The notes: generated by a model from the sequence alone, not told the origin. A DNA stretch of 63,692 nt, filler included, from Barthelona sp. PAP020 (GCA_040182905.1; 30 parts of 30 records of this genome joined end to end with filler, not necessarily neighbours in it); one strand, 5' to 3'; shown: positions 32,060-43,497, counted from the whole stretch's first letter. Numbers and translations: made by a program.

Positions 32060-32490
32060 ACATTGTTACTTTGTTGCCTGTAGCAGGGCCCAGAACTCTG
32101 CGAGAAGTCCAGTTAGCCTGTACCTGATGCGAGGCCAGAGCGTGTGCTTGACGTATGGAGAGACTCTTTGCAGACACTTGTTGAAGAAAGTAGAGACTGT
32201 GCTTGAGAAAAGACCAGTCTCTGAAAACACCAGAGGAATAACAGTATCACCGAACTTGCACTTTTTGCGTCTTTCAGCATACTCGATTGAGTTGGCAATA
32301 CTGATGTCATAGAGCTTCACAACTTTGGTTGAACTATCTGTCAATTGCATGTCTGCTCTACCTTGCTGAGTGACTGGTTCAATGTTTGGGACAATGAATT
32401 TAGCAAGGCGACCCAAGTTTCTCAATTCCTTTAGGACTGCATCGTGTCTTCTTCTACGTAGACTCTTCTGATTAAATGACTGATTAAATG
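32060..32490 (-). mobile_element. 3' fragment of a non-LTR retrotransposon with restriction-like endonuclease (RLE)
   Basis: Extending the ORF upstream gives RRRRHDAVLKEL...IEP...RADM...YDISI...RKKCKF...PLVFSETG, i.e. the RHD/EP/RxD/D/KxxK/P..G RLE motif order. Confidence 0.8.
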
Positions 32491-32601
32491 AGGTTTATAC
32501 CNNNNNNNNNNNNNNNNNNNNNNNNNNNNNNNNNNNNNNNNNNNNTTAATTAATTAANNNNNNNNNNNNNNNNNNNNNNNNNNNNNNNNNNNNNNNNNNN
32601 N

Positions 32602-33240
32602 GTAGAGTTCATCAGTTTTATCACCTGCATTTTCGAAGTAGTTTTGTATGGTGATAACGCTTTCTTCCAAAAGAGTTGGATAAAACATACGAATCAGTAA
32701 CTTGCCTAAAGCATAAATATCCATCGAAAAGTCAACATTTCTTCTTACTAATGAGATTGGATCCATGTAAAGAGCCGTACCCTGGATCATGGTACCACTG
32801 GACATCGTACCCTCGGTTTGATATGCTGTTGCAAAATCACAGAGAGCCACTCGTGACACCTTGTCCTCATCATCAACCCACACCAAAACGTTCTGTGGCT
32901 TTGCATCTCTCCAAACAATATCACGATCGTGCAGTTGTTGAAGACCAGTACACACTTGTTCAAATATCCAAAGTAGTGTGGCTCTATCAGGATTGTATTC
33001 GTTAAGATACTGCTCAAGATCCATGGGAGCCTTCTCAAGCTCAAGAGCGAGTGCCACGATATCTGAATCTTCATCAACAACAAAGACAATACGGTTCAGA
33101 GTGACGATATTGGGAGACCTATTCTTTGTCAAAACCCTCAGTTCTCGACGAATGGCCTCGTTGAATTCATTTTCTTCAAAGAAATCCAAAAATCTGTTTC
33201 TCATGTCCCAATCATCAATCAAAATTAGACAGACCTTGTG
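32602..33240 (-). CDS. Protein kinase-like sequence, 3' partial, N-lobe incomplete (possible pseudokinase or pseudogene)
   Basis: RRELRVL, WRDAKPQNVL, LCDFA, GTALYMDP, DIYALG; no Gly-loop before the upstream in-frame stop. Confidence 0.75.
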
Positions 33241-33402
33241 ATGGAAACGAAAATTGTTGGATTTGAACTCGAATTAAAGAACAATAAAAGAAAACCAAGG
33301 AACATCTGCCAAATGAAAATGAAAATGAAAGAAATAATTGCTCAGAACAGAAAATTCTCAGTGCATCCCCAAAATGATGTTTTGGATCATTTTTCCAACT
33401 AA

Positions 33403-34611
33403 TCAATCAACAACTTCATCACTTTCATAATCACTTTGTTCATTGAAAAATGAGTGCATATTTCCACCCTTCATTTCATTGGTGTCAATCAAGTCCCAAC
33501 ATGTGTCAACAATCATGTTATACTCCACTTCATTCATGTATATCCCTGCAGCTACCAATTGTCTTATGACTTGAGTATCAATATTCAAAGCCATAAGATT
33601 CGACAATACATAGCCACCATCCCTTGACAATCGAATGAGTTCCGCCTCATGTGAGGGGTTATAGTCAATGACAATTGAATAGATTTTGATGACATTCCCT
33701 GCACATCTTCCACACGCTATTTGTCTCTTATCAGGGGATATAGCAAAGGAAAACTGGGCAAAGTCACAACCACAATGTACCTTTTGAATTTGCTGATAGG
33801 TTTCAACATTGAATGAAATAATATAGCCATCACCAGACATCATAAGCAAGATATAGGGTGATAAGAAATGAAGACACCATACTTGACCACCCATATCAAA
33901 TGTATGAATGAGTGATCCGTCGTCCATGTTCCAGAGTTTGACTTTTTTTGAAATATCACCAACAGCAATCATTCTTTCAGTTGGGTGAAAATCAATAGCT
34001 CTAATATCCCCATCATGACTGAATGTACGAACAACAGACAAATCATCTGGGTCAACCAACTTGGCAATATTACCACATCCAGTCAAAAGATATTTACCAT
34101 CTGTTGATAGTTTCACTCTCCAACAAGGGCCATTCGAAATTCTCTTTTCCAAGACAATACTCTCATTATTTGTGTCAATTTTCGTAAGAGTTCCATTGTA
34201 ATCAAAATAATATACATAATTTGAACAAGAAGAAAAACAAATTCTAAGAATAGCAATTTCACCATTCAATCTACATAAGATGGAGAAATCTGGAAGGCTG
34301 TATACAATGATAGACTTATCTTGGGAACATGTTGCCAGCTTCTGCCCATTTGGTGAAATTGCAATACCATAAACCTGGTGTGCATGCTCTTTCAATGTAC
34401 GATTCAACATTCCAGTTGCTACATCAATGATATGAACAGCTTTACGATCACAAACAACCAATTGTTTACCATTTGGCAAGTATTTACTGTCACACACATA
34501 AGCAGAATCAGAAATCACATTTGCAATTTCAACTTCACTATTTTCATCAATATTTAGAGGAAATAAACCACATATAAACTCTCCTATTTCACCACTTAAT
34601 TCAACAGACAT
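33403..34611 (-). CDS. WD40-repeat protein with shared CWDL..GGNM C-terminal domain
   Basis: EHAHQVYGIAISPNGQKLATCSQDKSIIVY; CWDLIDTNEMKGGNM. Confidence 0.92.
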   Translation of the reverse strand: MSVELSGEIGEFICGLFPLNIDENSEVEIANVISDSAYVCDSKYLPNGKQLVVCDRKAVHIIDVATGMLNRTLKEHAHQVYGIAISPNGQKLATCSQDKSIIVYSLPDFSILCRLNGEIAILRICFSSCSNYVYYFDYNGTLTKIDTNNESIVLEKRISNGPCWRVKLSTDGKYLLTGCGNIAKLVDPDDLSVVRTFSHDGDIRAIDFHPTERMIAVGDISKKVKLWNMDDGSLIHTFDMGGQVWCLHFLSPYILLMMSGDGYIISFNVETYQQIQKVHCGCDFAQFSFAISPDKRQIACGRCAGNVIKIYSIVIDYNPSHEAELIRLSRDGGYVLSNLMALNIDTQVIRQLVAAGIYMNEVEYNMIVDTCWDLIDTNEMKGGNMHSFFNEQSDYESDEVVD

Positions 34612-34735
34612 AATAAACAAACAAAAAAAAAAAAANNNNNNNNNNNNNNNNNNNNNNNNNNNNNNNNNNNNNNNNNNNNTTAATTAATTAANNNNNNNNN
34701 NNNNNNNNNNNNNNNNNNNNNNNNNNNNNNNNNNN

Positions 34736-35331
34736 GAAAGAATTTATTCAGACATAAACATTCTTCTACTCCTCGAAGAACACGTAGTTATGTTATTCGT
34801 CGTCCTATTTATGGAAGATCTTCATTTTTTTCAGACCCTTTTGGTTTTTCATTATCCCCAGCCTATGATCCATTTTCTTTGATGAGCTATTCAAATATGT
34901 TTGAACCAATTCAATCCACTTTTGGATTTCCTTTTGGTAATCCATATTCTTTTTTCAATTACAGACAACCAGTTTATCAAGAACCAGTTGTAACATATCG
35001 ATATGAATTTGATGTTAAACCAAAAAGGAATAGTCGTCAAGAAATTGATTCTGAACAAAAAGATGAGGTTAAGGTGAACAAACAGGAGACATCTGGATCT
35101 GAGTCTGAGCATCAAACATCAAATAGTGAGTCAAAAGTCACTTTCATGACAATTGGTCAATTGTTTGATGAAATGATGAACATTATGTTAGGTGAAAGCG
35201 TAATGAATGTTAAAAAACAGGAACAAAATGATGACAAAAAAGAGGAACCCAAGGCAAATGTACCTGAACAATCTCAAACTGAACAAAATTCAAAGGTTGA
35301 AAATGAAATGAAAGAACAATCTGAAGCTTGA
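34736..35331 (+). CDS. Hypothetical low-complexity protein, 5' partial
   Basis: Frame open from contig start; F/P/Y-rich then E/Q/K-rich. Confidence 0.6.
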
Positions 35332-35864
35332 ATTTTACCATCTATTTTTTTGTAAAAATTGTCGGTTTTTTTTATTTATGTTCTTTTTTCTTTGAACTTT
35401 TGAAATCAAATCGAATTTTGACAGAAAAAATTAATTTTGAGGGTTGTTCACAAGCCTAAAATTTGTCCAATTGAATTTCTGATTCTTTCTTTTTTCTTCA
35501 AGGTACGGAAATTTTTCTTAATTTACCCAAATTTTTATCCTGCCCCAGTTAATACAAGAAAACTTGCACAATTGAGATAAATGTAATTATATCGGTGCTT
35601 AAAGCTCTTTTGAGCAACTACTAAGGCAGCATTTCACATCCTACATAGGCCATAGCTCTCCTATGACAGCTTTTGAAAGAGTGGGTCTCAAAAGAGAGAG
35701 GTTCCTTTCACGAACCCTATCATTTTATCTCATCTATGTGATCAACTCAACACAATTTCAATTGAAACCACAAAATAAAAAAATTTTCCTTCTACAACCT
35801 ATTTACATAACCATGAATATACAAAAAAAAAAAAAAAGAAAAAACAAATAAAAGCACAGAATTT

Positions 35865-36500
35865 TCAACTGAAGTCTTTTTCTTCAACATGAATTTCAAC
35901 AATTTCAATTGCACTGTTGCTCTTTGTTGAAAGAGCAACATATATTGTTAAGACACCATTTAAATAACTGCAATGGACATCTTCAGGAGATAAAATTTCA
36001 AAATTAGCCAGAGGCAACAATTCAGTATGAATCTTCAACCATAAGAAGTTATTTTCTATGATTAACGAAAAATCAGTTATTTCTAATCCTGGTAATGGTA
36101 AGGTGAATGTGATTTCTTCTTCTTCTTTTACAACTGAAGGAATACAAAACCTTTGAACAAAAGATAAATCTCCTAAAGAAATTAAAGGTCCACTAATATG
36201 GTCAACAAACAAAGGTTTAGTAGATAAGGGGGTGAATACTTCATCAAAAGTCGAATTCTGTAAAGGAATGCTTTGAAGAAGTGGTGTTCCATGAGAAGTC
36301 CGAGAAGATGTAATCGGCTTATTTGTTTTGCTTTTCGAATTAGAATCATTTTTATGAAAAGAATTCATAGAAGAGGACAAATCATTTGAAGTCATGTCGG
36401 TCTTTTGAACAGGTGGATATGTATTCAATTCGGTTTCCAACTGAAAAGATTCAACTTCTATTAAATCTGAAAAAGTTGGAGTAAACTCGTCAGTATTCAT
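35865..36500 (-). CDS. Protein with divergent HSP20/alpha-crystallin domain
   Basis: TLPLPGLEITDFSLII...EDVHCSYLNGVLTI. Confidence 0.7.
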   Translation of the reverse strand: MNTDEFTPTFSDLIEVESFQLETELNTYPPVQKTDMTSNDLSSSMNSFHKNDSNSKSKTNKPITSSRTSHGTPLLQSIPLQNSTFDEVFTPLSTKPLFVDHISGPLISLGDLSFVQRFCIPSVVKEEEEITFTLPLPGLEITDFSLIIENNFLWLKIHTELLPLANFEILSPEDVHCSYLNGVLTIYVALSTKSNSAIEIVEIHVEEKDFS

Positions 36501-37116
36501 TGTGTAAGTCGAACCAAAAAAATAAAAAGAAAATTCATTTTCACCTTTTGTTTCTTTTTTATAAAATCATAACTCACGTATAAAATGAAATGAAACACCC
36601 AAAGATAAAAAATAAAGCAAGACAATTAAACTAATTGATTTTTATCTTTCATTTCCCCCCAGTTGGTCTTCAATTTCTGCATCAGTCATTGTTAAAGATT
36701 TTTCTAACAATCTTTTTAACAGAATGGTGTTGTCTAAAACATCACTTTTAAGCCAAAAGAAACCATNNNNNNNNNNNNNNNNNNNNNNNNNNNNNNNNNN
36801 NNNNNNNNNNTTAATTAATTAANNNNNNNNNNNNNNNNNNNNNNNNNNNNNNNNNNNNNNNNNNNNTTTTTTTTTTTTTTTTTTTTTCATCAGTTTAAAT
36901 TTTTATTGAAGGCAAAAATTGCAATGGAAATGATGGAAAAAAGGGAAAATGGTAATTCATATTTTTTTCACAATGTTTGTAATCGTAAAATTTTCAACTT
37001 TAATTCAACAACATAAATGAATAAACTGATTATTTTTTTCAAAGATTATCTTTTTCAAGTAAAAATTTGGGGTAAAAGGCTCAACATTCTATTGTTACCG
37101 AAAAGAAAAAACCCAA

Positions 37117-37788
37117 CTATTTACAACTAACGAGTTTTGAATTTACTCCCAATACATTATCAAACCAATTTTGAGAAGGGCACGTCCATCCATAGTTTTG
37201 ATGTAAAACAATTGCTCCATCATCAAGAGCAATTCTGGAATTTTCAATTATTCCAACCAAAATACGTTTCAACTCAATCAATGGAACAGCGGTTCCATCG
37301 AATTCAAAGCCTCTCACATTTGGAAGTGTTAAGGGTGTGTAACCAAAATGAGTATTATACATGCCATTTTGTCCTAGTTTTACATATTTCAAAAATTCCA
37401 AATTTCTTAATCCAATAATATTCATCAATGAATTTTGATCTACTTCCAGTGTTTGTAGATTTTTCATTTCTTCCAAGCGATAAGTTAAACTCATCAAATA
37501 ATTGCCACCCAATTTGAGGTTTTTTAAATGTGGAAACTTTGTTATACGTTCAGGAATTCCCCTTGTGTACCCATACCCAGATACTCCGACATTAGTCAAA
37601 TCTATTGTGACAACTTCTCCATTTTCACAAACAATACGGGATCCATAATAAGTGCAAGCATTTGGTGTGCTTGAAGGAATGTTGGGATAACCAATTTCTT
37701 TCAAAAATTTCTTGACTTCGTAGTCTCTGTTAGCAAATGAAGGTATTAAAGTTGAAATTAGCACAACAAATCCGATCAACAATTTCAT
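37117..37788 (-). CDS. Secreted leucine-rich-repeat protein
   Basis: Signal peptide, Cys cap (NAC...IVCENGEVVTIDL), LKNLKLGGN, LQTLEVDQN, LKYVKLGQN. Confidence 0.85.
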   Translation of the reverse strand: MKLLIGFVVLISTLIPSFANRDYEVKKFLKEIGYPNIPSSTPNACTYYGSRIVCENGEVVTIDLTNVGVSGYGYTRGIPERITKFPHLKNLKLGGNYLMSLTYRLEEMKNLQTLEVDQNSLMNIIGLRNLEFLKYVKLGQNGMYNTHFGYTPLTLPNVRGFEFDGTAVPLIELKRILVGIIENSRIALDDGAIVLHQNYGWTCPSQNWFDNVLGVNSKLVSCK

Positions 37789-38050
37789 CAAAATAATTTT
37801 ACAGATGCGAAAATGTAACGCAAATTATTTTTTGATTGATGATGTATACAGGACATTTTTTTGTAAACACAAATGAATCTGTTCCCTTTTCAAAAAAACT
37901 GGACATTAAATCTTTAAATAAGGAACTTTTGAAGAAAAAACAACAATTCTTACAACAAGAGATTGCATGTTACACTATTTTTACAGTTTTTTTCACAAAG
38001 ATACGAAGGTAATAAAATGTTTTAAGCTTATTTATATATGATTATCAGAA

Positions 38051-38674
38051 ATGAACACTTTTAATCACTTTTTTTGTTCGTTGTGTTGTTTAATATTGTT
38101 GTCATTCAAATTTTTTAAATATAGACAAATTAAAATATCATCTCTATGTGCTTGCGCATTATTATTTGGAACTTTTCAAGATTTAGATATGATATTTAGC
38201 AAACTATTTTTGAATAAACCAAGTTATCATTTGAGAACTTGGATACAGGAGCCTTTTGGTTTTCTTATAATAGGATCAGTTTTATCATTTGCTTTTTCAA
38301 CCCGTTTTAAAAAGAAAAGACTTGCATTTTATATTCTTATTCCATATTTCATACACGTTTTTCTTGATTATTTAGTAGTTCATGAAGTTTCACCCTTTGC
38401 ACCTTTTTCAAATTTTTCCATCAGCACTTCAAAATTATTTGCAAAATTTCGATCTTTTGATCAACCTCCAATTCTATCTTTGTTTGAGGGAGAATATTTG
38501 TCTGAATTGTGGGTTAATATATTTTCTATTGGTTGCTTTTTGTTTTTACTCAATAGAGTAAAAATTCACAACAAAAACAACAGGATAGAGGTCACAATTC
38601 TCGATTTAAAACAAATTATCACTTCTCCGCCTGAATTTACAATTGTGGCAAAAAGGATTGCTGATCGAGTGTGA
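38051..38674 (+). CDS. Membrane metal-dependent hydrolase, YdjM/YbcI-like
   Basis: N-terminal H, QDLD, HLRTW, HVFLD, PFAPFS with TM segments. Confidence 0.7.
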   Translation: MNTFNHFFCSLCCLILLSFKFFKYRQIKISSLCACALLFGTFQDLDMIFSKLFLNKPSYHLRTWIQEPFGFLIIGSVLSFAFSTRFKKKRLAFYILIPYFIHVFLDYLVVHEVSPFAPFSNFSISTSKLFAKFRSFDQPPILSLFEGEYLSELWVNIFSIGCFLFLLNRVKIHNKNNRIEVTILDLKQIITSPPEFTIVAKRIADRV

Positions 38675-38997
38675 GAGTTTCAATGTTATAACAATTAAAA
38701 AAAAATTCCAAAATTTCTTTTTATTCCATGCACATAAATTTTGTAGTTAAAAATTTTTCTTAATATTCTTGATATTTGAAAAGAAGAAATCCATTAATAA
38801 TGTGGAAGTTCATGCTCAATGAACGGAATTTATTGGAGATATAAAGAGGTCATCAAATATCACTCCCTTTATTTGTTGTTTCTTGACCATCTTTAGGNNN
38901 NNNNNNNNNNNNNNNNNNNNNNNNNNNNNNNNNNNNNNNNNTTAATTAATTAANNNNNNNNNNNNNNNNNNNNNNNNNNNNNNNNNNNNNNNNNNNN

Positions 38998-39282
38998 GCA
39001 TAATGTTTCTAAAGAACAAACAAAATATCCATCACATATTAAAGCAAGTCCTACAAAACAATAAATGATACCAACTATTTGCAAAACGACTGCAAAATAA
39101 TTCACATCGCTTTTTCCTGCAATCGAAAGAAGAACATCTGAATTTTGAACAATTTCGTTATGTGATAATAAAGGTAAATTTGTGTCGATCACACCCGAAC
39201 GACATAAGTAAATCAAAGTGAATAAACAAGCAACCCAAATTGGAGCTCCAATTCGATAGACAGTTCCTGATTTAAACTTCAT
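38998..39282 (-). CDS. K+-dependent Na+/Ca2+ exchanger (NCKX/SLC24-like), 3' partial
   Basis: GIIYCFVGLALICDGYFVCSL. Confidence 0.8.
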
Positions 39283-39567
39283 ATTACAAAAACTGCAAAA
39301 ATTATAGCTTGAATATAAATTGAAATGAAGAAATTGTTTGAAGAAAAAAGAATTTTTTTTCACCATTCATTTTTCTTTTCAAATTATTTCAATTTGAAAT
39401 AAATTGTTTCAAGTTTTATATCTCTCAAAGTTCTAAACTTACATTAACCACCAAATATGGCTTTCTTTTTGGAAGGGACTCTTCTGAATGACAATACCAT
39501 CAAAAAAGATGTTAAATTAAGGAATATTTTAATAAAAACAAATAAGAATATCTTTTATGTACACATA

Positions 39568-40728
39568 TTAAAACAAACTTGCAGAAGCAGCTGATTGAGG
39601 CTGTCTCATGGGATTTGTAAAAACATTATTCATGTTGCTTGCAAGATAGCTTTCATCACTTGTAATAACTGTGGCTTTATTTTTATCTTTTCTGAAAGCG
39701 GCCATAGCAGCAGGAGACACACCACCAGCAGCAACAGCAGTCATACCTGCTTTCGAAGTACCAGTTCTGTTTTCATATTTCTGTTCCAAAATTTCTTTAT
39801 TGTGCCAAACTAACAAACCAATGGCTGCAACACAAATAACACCTGCCAAAACAGCTTGTAACGCACACAACAAATCAACAGTTGTAAAAGCTGCAATAAT
39901 CAAAAGAACAAACAACGCAATACCAACAATACAGATTCCTATTTGTGCTAAAGCCAACTTGTTATTGGCTCTTGGAGGATCCCACAAAAATTTCAAAACA
40001 ACAAATCCCATCAACAAACATGCCAAGGGAGTCAACCAACCCGTTGATGGACAAGATCCACTAGAACTAAATCCTGACTCTAAACCTAAAGCCACACAAG
40101 TCTTTAACGCAATTTGAGGAACAAAGGAATTCAAATCAGAGAAATTTCCCATAAATGTGTTTCTATTAGATGCCTTGAGACCAGTAGCACAAAGGTTCAA
40201 CTGTTCTTCTTGTGTATCATTACCAACACCGACCATTATTATGCTAATTCCAGCATCTAATGTGGTTTTACATTCTTCTGGCCATAGCGGCAAAGTAGCA
40301 GCAGTTTCACCAGTTTGATCAAGGTCACCATCAGTAAGTACAATTATATATTTCTTTGAGTTAAGACGACCATTTTGTGCAAATTCTTGACGTGCCAAAT
40401 TCAATCCTTTATCGACTCTAGTTAAACCATTTATCCAGGTAAGTTGTTCAACAGTATCTTCTAAAACAGGAATTGTACCAGTTAAACAAACTTCACTTCT
40501 TGCACTGGTACCGAATTGATAAATAGACAAGTGCGTAGAAGTATCACCAACTTCAAAAGTATTCAACAATTCTTTGGTAAAATTTAAAACGTTGTTCCAA
40601 GATGGATATATGGAATCAGAACCATCCAACAATAATACAATATCAACTCGTCCATCACACGCAGCGTTACTTAAACCAATCAATATTGTTCCAAATAAAA
40701 AAAATATTGAAAAGTAATGAGCAATCAT
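39568..40728 (-). CDS. Signal peptide + von Willebrand A domain + three TM helices
   Basis: DIVLLLDGSDSI (MIDAS DxSxS), GLTRVDKGL, IIVLTDG; three hydrophobic segments. Confidence 0.9.
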   Translation of the reverse strand: MIAHYFSIFFLFGTILIGLSNAACDGRVDIVLLLDGSDSIYPSWNNVLNFTKELLNTFEVGDTSTHLSIYQFGTSARSEVCLTGTIPVLEDTVEQLTWINGLTRVDKGLNLARQEFAQNGRLNSKKYIIVLTDGDLDQTGETAATLPLWPEECKTTLDAGISIIMVGVGNDTQEEQLNLCATGLKASNRNTFMGNFSDLNSFVPQIALKTCVALGLESGFSSSGSCPSTGWLTPLACLLMGFVVLKFLWDPPRANNKLALAQIGICIVGIALFVLLIIAAFTTVDLLCALQAVLAGVICVAAIGLLVWHNKEILEQKYENRTGTSKAGMTAVAAGGVSPAAMAAFRKDKNKATVITSDESYLASNMNNVFTNPMRQPQSAASASLF

Positions 40729-40784
40729 TGAAAATAAAAAACAATGGAAAAATGAAACAAGATAATTTTTATTTTTTCTCAAAC

Positions 40785-41027
40785 ATGGCGGAATATATTA
40801 ATGAAAAGAAAAAACCATTGAAAATTATATTAGTTGGTGATTCAGCTGTTGGAAAAACAAGAATGTTGGAAAGATATTTGATGGACAAATTTAAAGCTGA
40901 ACATGATTCCACATATGCTTTGGATTTATATCCATTCAATTATGAAATTGATGAATTTGAAAGTATACCTGTTACATTTTGGGATGCCGCCGGACAAACT
41001 CAATTTAATAATTTTCATTCTTCATAT
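40785..41027 (+). CDS. RABL2: Rab-like 2 ciliary GTPase, 3' partial
   Basis: GDSAVGKT...ERYLMD...STYAL...FWDAAGQ...HSSY. Confidence 0.85.
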
Positions 41028-41127
41028 NNNNNNNNNNNNNNNNNNNNNNNNNNNNNNNNNNNNNNNNNNNNTTAATTAATTAANNNNNNNNNNNNNNNNN
41101 NNNNNNNNNNNNNNNNNNNNNNNNNNN

Positions 41128-41245
41128 CATCTTTCACATAATCTATCTGAATTCGAAGATATTTCAATTGTTCTTCTAACGCTTTCATGCGTAAATACGA
41201 GTCTTCAACCTCATTTGAAACAATTTTATCATGAAAATTTTCCAT
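41128..41245 (-). CDS. RPT3: 26S proteasome ATPase Rpt3 N-terminus, 3' partial
   Basis: EDSYLRMKALEEQLKYLRIQIDYVKD resembles EDLY...K.L...LEFL..QE.YIKD; not in ORF track. Confidence 0.7.
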
Positions 41246-41397
41246 CTAGGCTTGTTAGTGAATAAAGTAAAATAAAATAATAAATAACTTTTCCATTATT
41301 AACAGGTTCAAATTTAATCCCTAATTCTTCCATAAGACATAAAATGATTGAAAAAAAAAGTTGTACACTCCTTTAACATTTTTCCCTTTTATCTAAA

Positions 41398-41853
41398 ATG
41401 GATGTATTTTCAGGTGATGTATCAGATTCAAAACAAATAGAGGGATTAAGACAATTATTTAATAATTTTGACAGAGATGGAAGTGGTCATATAGATTTAC
41501 AGGAGATGGAATACCTATTGAATTCCATTTCTGCTGCTTTAACAAAAAATCAAATACAAGAAATTATGGCCATTGCAGATGCAGATGGCAATGGAACTAT
41601 CGAATTTGAAGAATTCGTTGAACTGATTCAAACTGTACAACCAACAACTGAAGATGAGATTCGCAAAGCTTTTAAAATCTTAGATCAAGATCAAGATGGT
41701 TATATTGATTTAAATGAACTGAAAGACGTTTTGATGAAACTTTGTGTTGAGGAAGACATTCAATTAATTGAAGAAATGATTCGATCAATTGATGTTGATG
41801 GTGATGGTAGAATTAGTCTTGAAGAATTTTTCACCTTAAATACAAAGAGATAA
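41398..41853 (+). CDS. Calmodulin-like four-EF-hand protein
   Basis: DRDGSGHIDLQE, DADGNGTIEFEE, DQDQDGYIDLNE, DVDGDGRISLEE. Confidence 0.93.
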   Translation: MDVFSGDVSDSKQIEGLRQLFNNFDRDGSGHIDLQEMEYLLNSISAALTKNQIQEIMAIADADGNGTIEFEEFVELIQTVQPTTEDEIRKAFKILDQDQDGYIDLNELKDVLMKLCVEEDIQLIEEMIRSIDVDGDGRISLEEFFTLNTKR

Positions 41854-42823
41854 AGTTTATTTTTGTAAATGTAATATCAAATGTTTTTTATGCCAATGAT
41901 AATCACACTTGCAAATTCTATTGAAGAAGTAACATTTCAGAAAGGAAAGAAGCAAATGAAAAAAGTATATACAATGACTTGACTGATCATAAATTGATTT
42001 TTGCCTGCTCAAGATTTTAAAGGGAAGAAACAATGCCATTGTGAATAAAAAACAATATTCATGGAAATGTTTTAATTGTTCCTTAGAAAGGCGCCAATGC
42101 TTTGTGTAATAAATCGAATTTATATGTCTTTGTTTTACACTTCCCAATCAAACAATAGAAACATCACTAACATAACTTTTATTTTTCATAAAATGGTATG
42201 ACAATATTTTAACCAGTTTCTTTAAGAAAAGAAAAATTGTGGTTAAATTGAGAAGAAATTTTTCAAAAGAAATTTCCAACAATTTAAAAAAATTTTCTTT
42301 TAGGGGAAAATTGAGGAACTGAAATGTAATTTTGGGCAAGTTTGAAAATTTTGGAGAAATCCTTCAATCCTACTTTTTTTATAAACTTTAAAATTTGGTT
42401 TTTGCAAAACTACAAAAAAATAGGAATGGAAAAATTTTTCCCAAATTTTCATACAAGACCAAGATTCCATTACAACCACTCATTTTCTGTGGTTGAGATT
42501 TAATGAAATGAGTTTTCTCTGATTTCTTTTTCTTTGCAAATAAATATTGTTGTTTCACAACTTGATTAAATATACTTAGGCTTTCCTGGCTTGGAAATAA
42601 TTTAAAATTACAAATTAACAATTGAATGTGAAAATAATTGTTCAACTTGAATTTATTCCTGTTTCCCATTTAATAACATTTATAGTTTTTAAATTGGAAG
42701 GGATAAAAGAAACCTTAAATATTCATGTTGTACATTTGGAAAGTCCTTTTCTTTGGGAAAAAAAAATCTATTGATTCTATTTCCTAAACATTAATGTACA
42801 AACACTTTGATTTTGCCCTAGAT

Positions 42824-42895
42824 GGGCTAATGGCTCAGTGGTAGAGTTCCTGGTTCGCATTCAGGGGGCCCCGGGTTCGATTCCCGGTTAGTCCA
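42824..42895 (+). tRNA. tRNA-Ala(CGC)
   Basis: Acceptor GGGCTAA/TTAGTCC with G3:U70, anticodon arm CCTGG-TTCGCAT-TCAGG, GGTTCGATTCC. Confidence 0.96.
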
Positions 42896-43245
42896 GTTTT
42901 TTCAATTTTTGTCGAGAAAAAGGATCGAGTTTCTCGAGTTTCAACAATTCACTTTGGACGAAAGGGTAAAATTAAAGGCTTTAATTTATATTTACTAACT
43001 GGGGTTGGGGAAATTACTCCATGGTATCTTTGCTGTTTCACACGACAATAATAATAAATGTTTATAAAGATCTTTATTGTTCTCGGTTAGAGTTTGGGGG
43101 TACTTGCAACTGAGTCGTTTTGCGTGGATGGTTCAGAACACTCTTNNNNNNNNNNNNNNNNNNNNNNNNNNNNNNNNNNNNNNNNNNNNTTAATTAATTA
43201 ANNNNNNNNNNNNNNNNNNNNNNNNNNNNNNNNNNNNNNNNNNNN

Positions 43246-43424
43246 CCATTTTCTGTTCTCAATTCTTTGATTTTTTTACTATTGACTATATCATACTTTG
43301 TTATTGACCCATTTTTTGAACAAGAATATGCAAACTCATCATTTTCATCAATGCACACATCAGTACTTGATAACCCTCGGCTTCGAATAGTTATTGCATT
43401 CAATTTCTTTGCAATTGTTTGCAT
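43246..43424 (-). CDS. WD40 protein N-terminus, possibly RRP9/U3-55K, 3' partial
   Basis: LSSTDVCIDENDEFAYSCSKNGSITKYD. Confidence 0.55.
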
Positions 43425-43497
43425 ATCGTTGAAAAAATATTCTTGTGTATTTGTTTTTCAACATTTTTTTATCCATCAATTTTTCAAGAAATATGTC

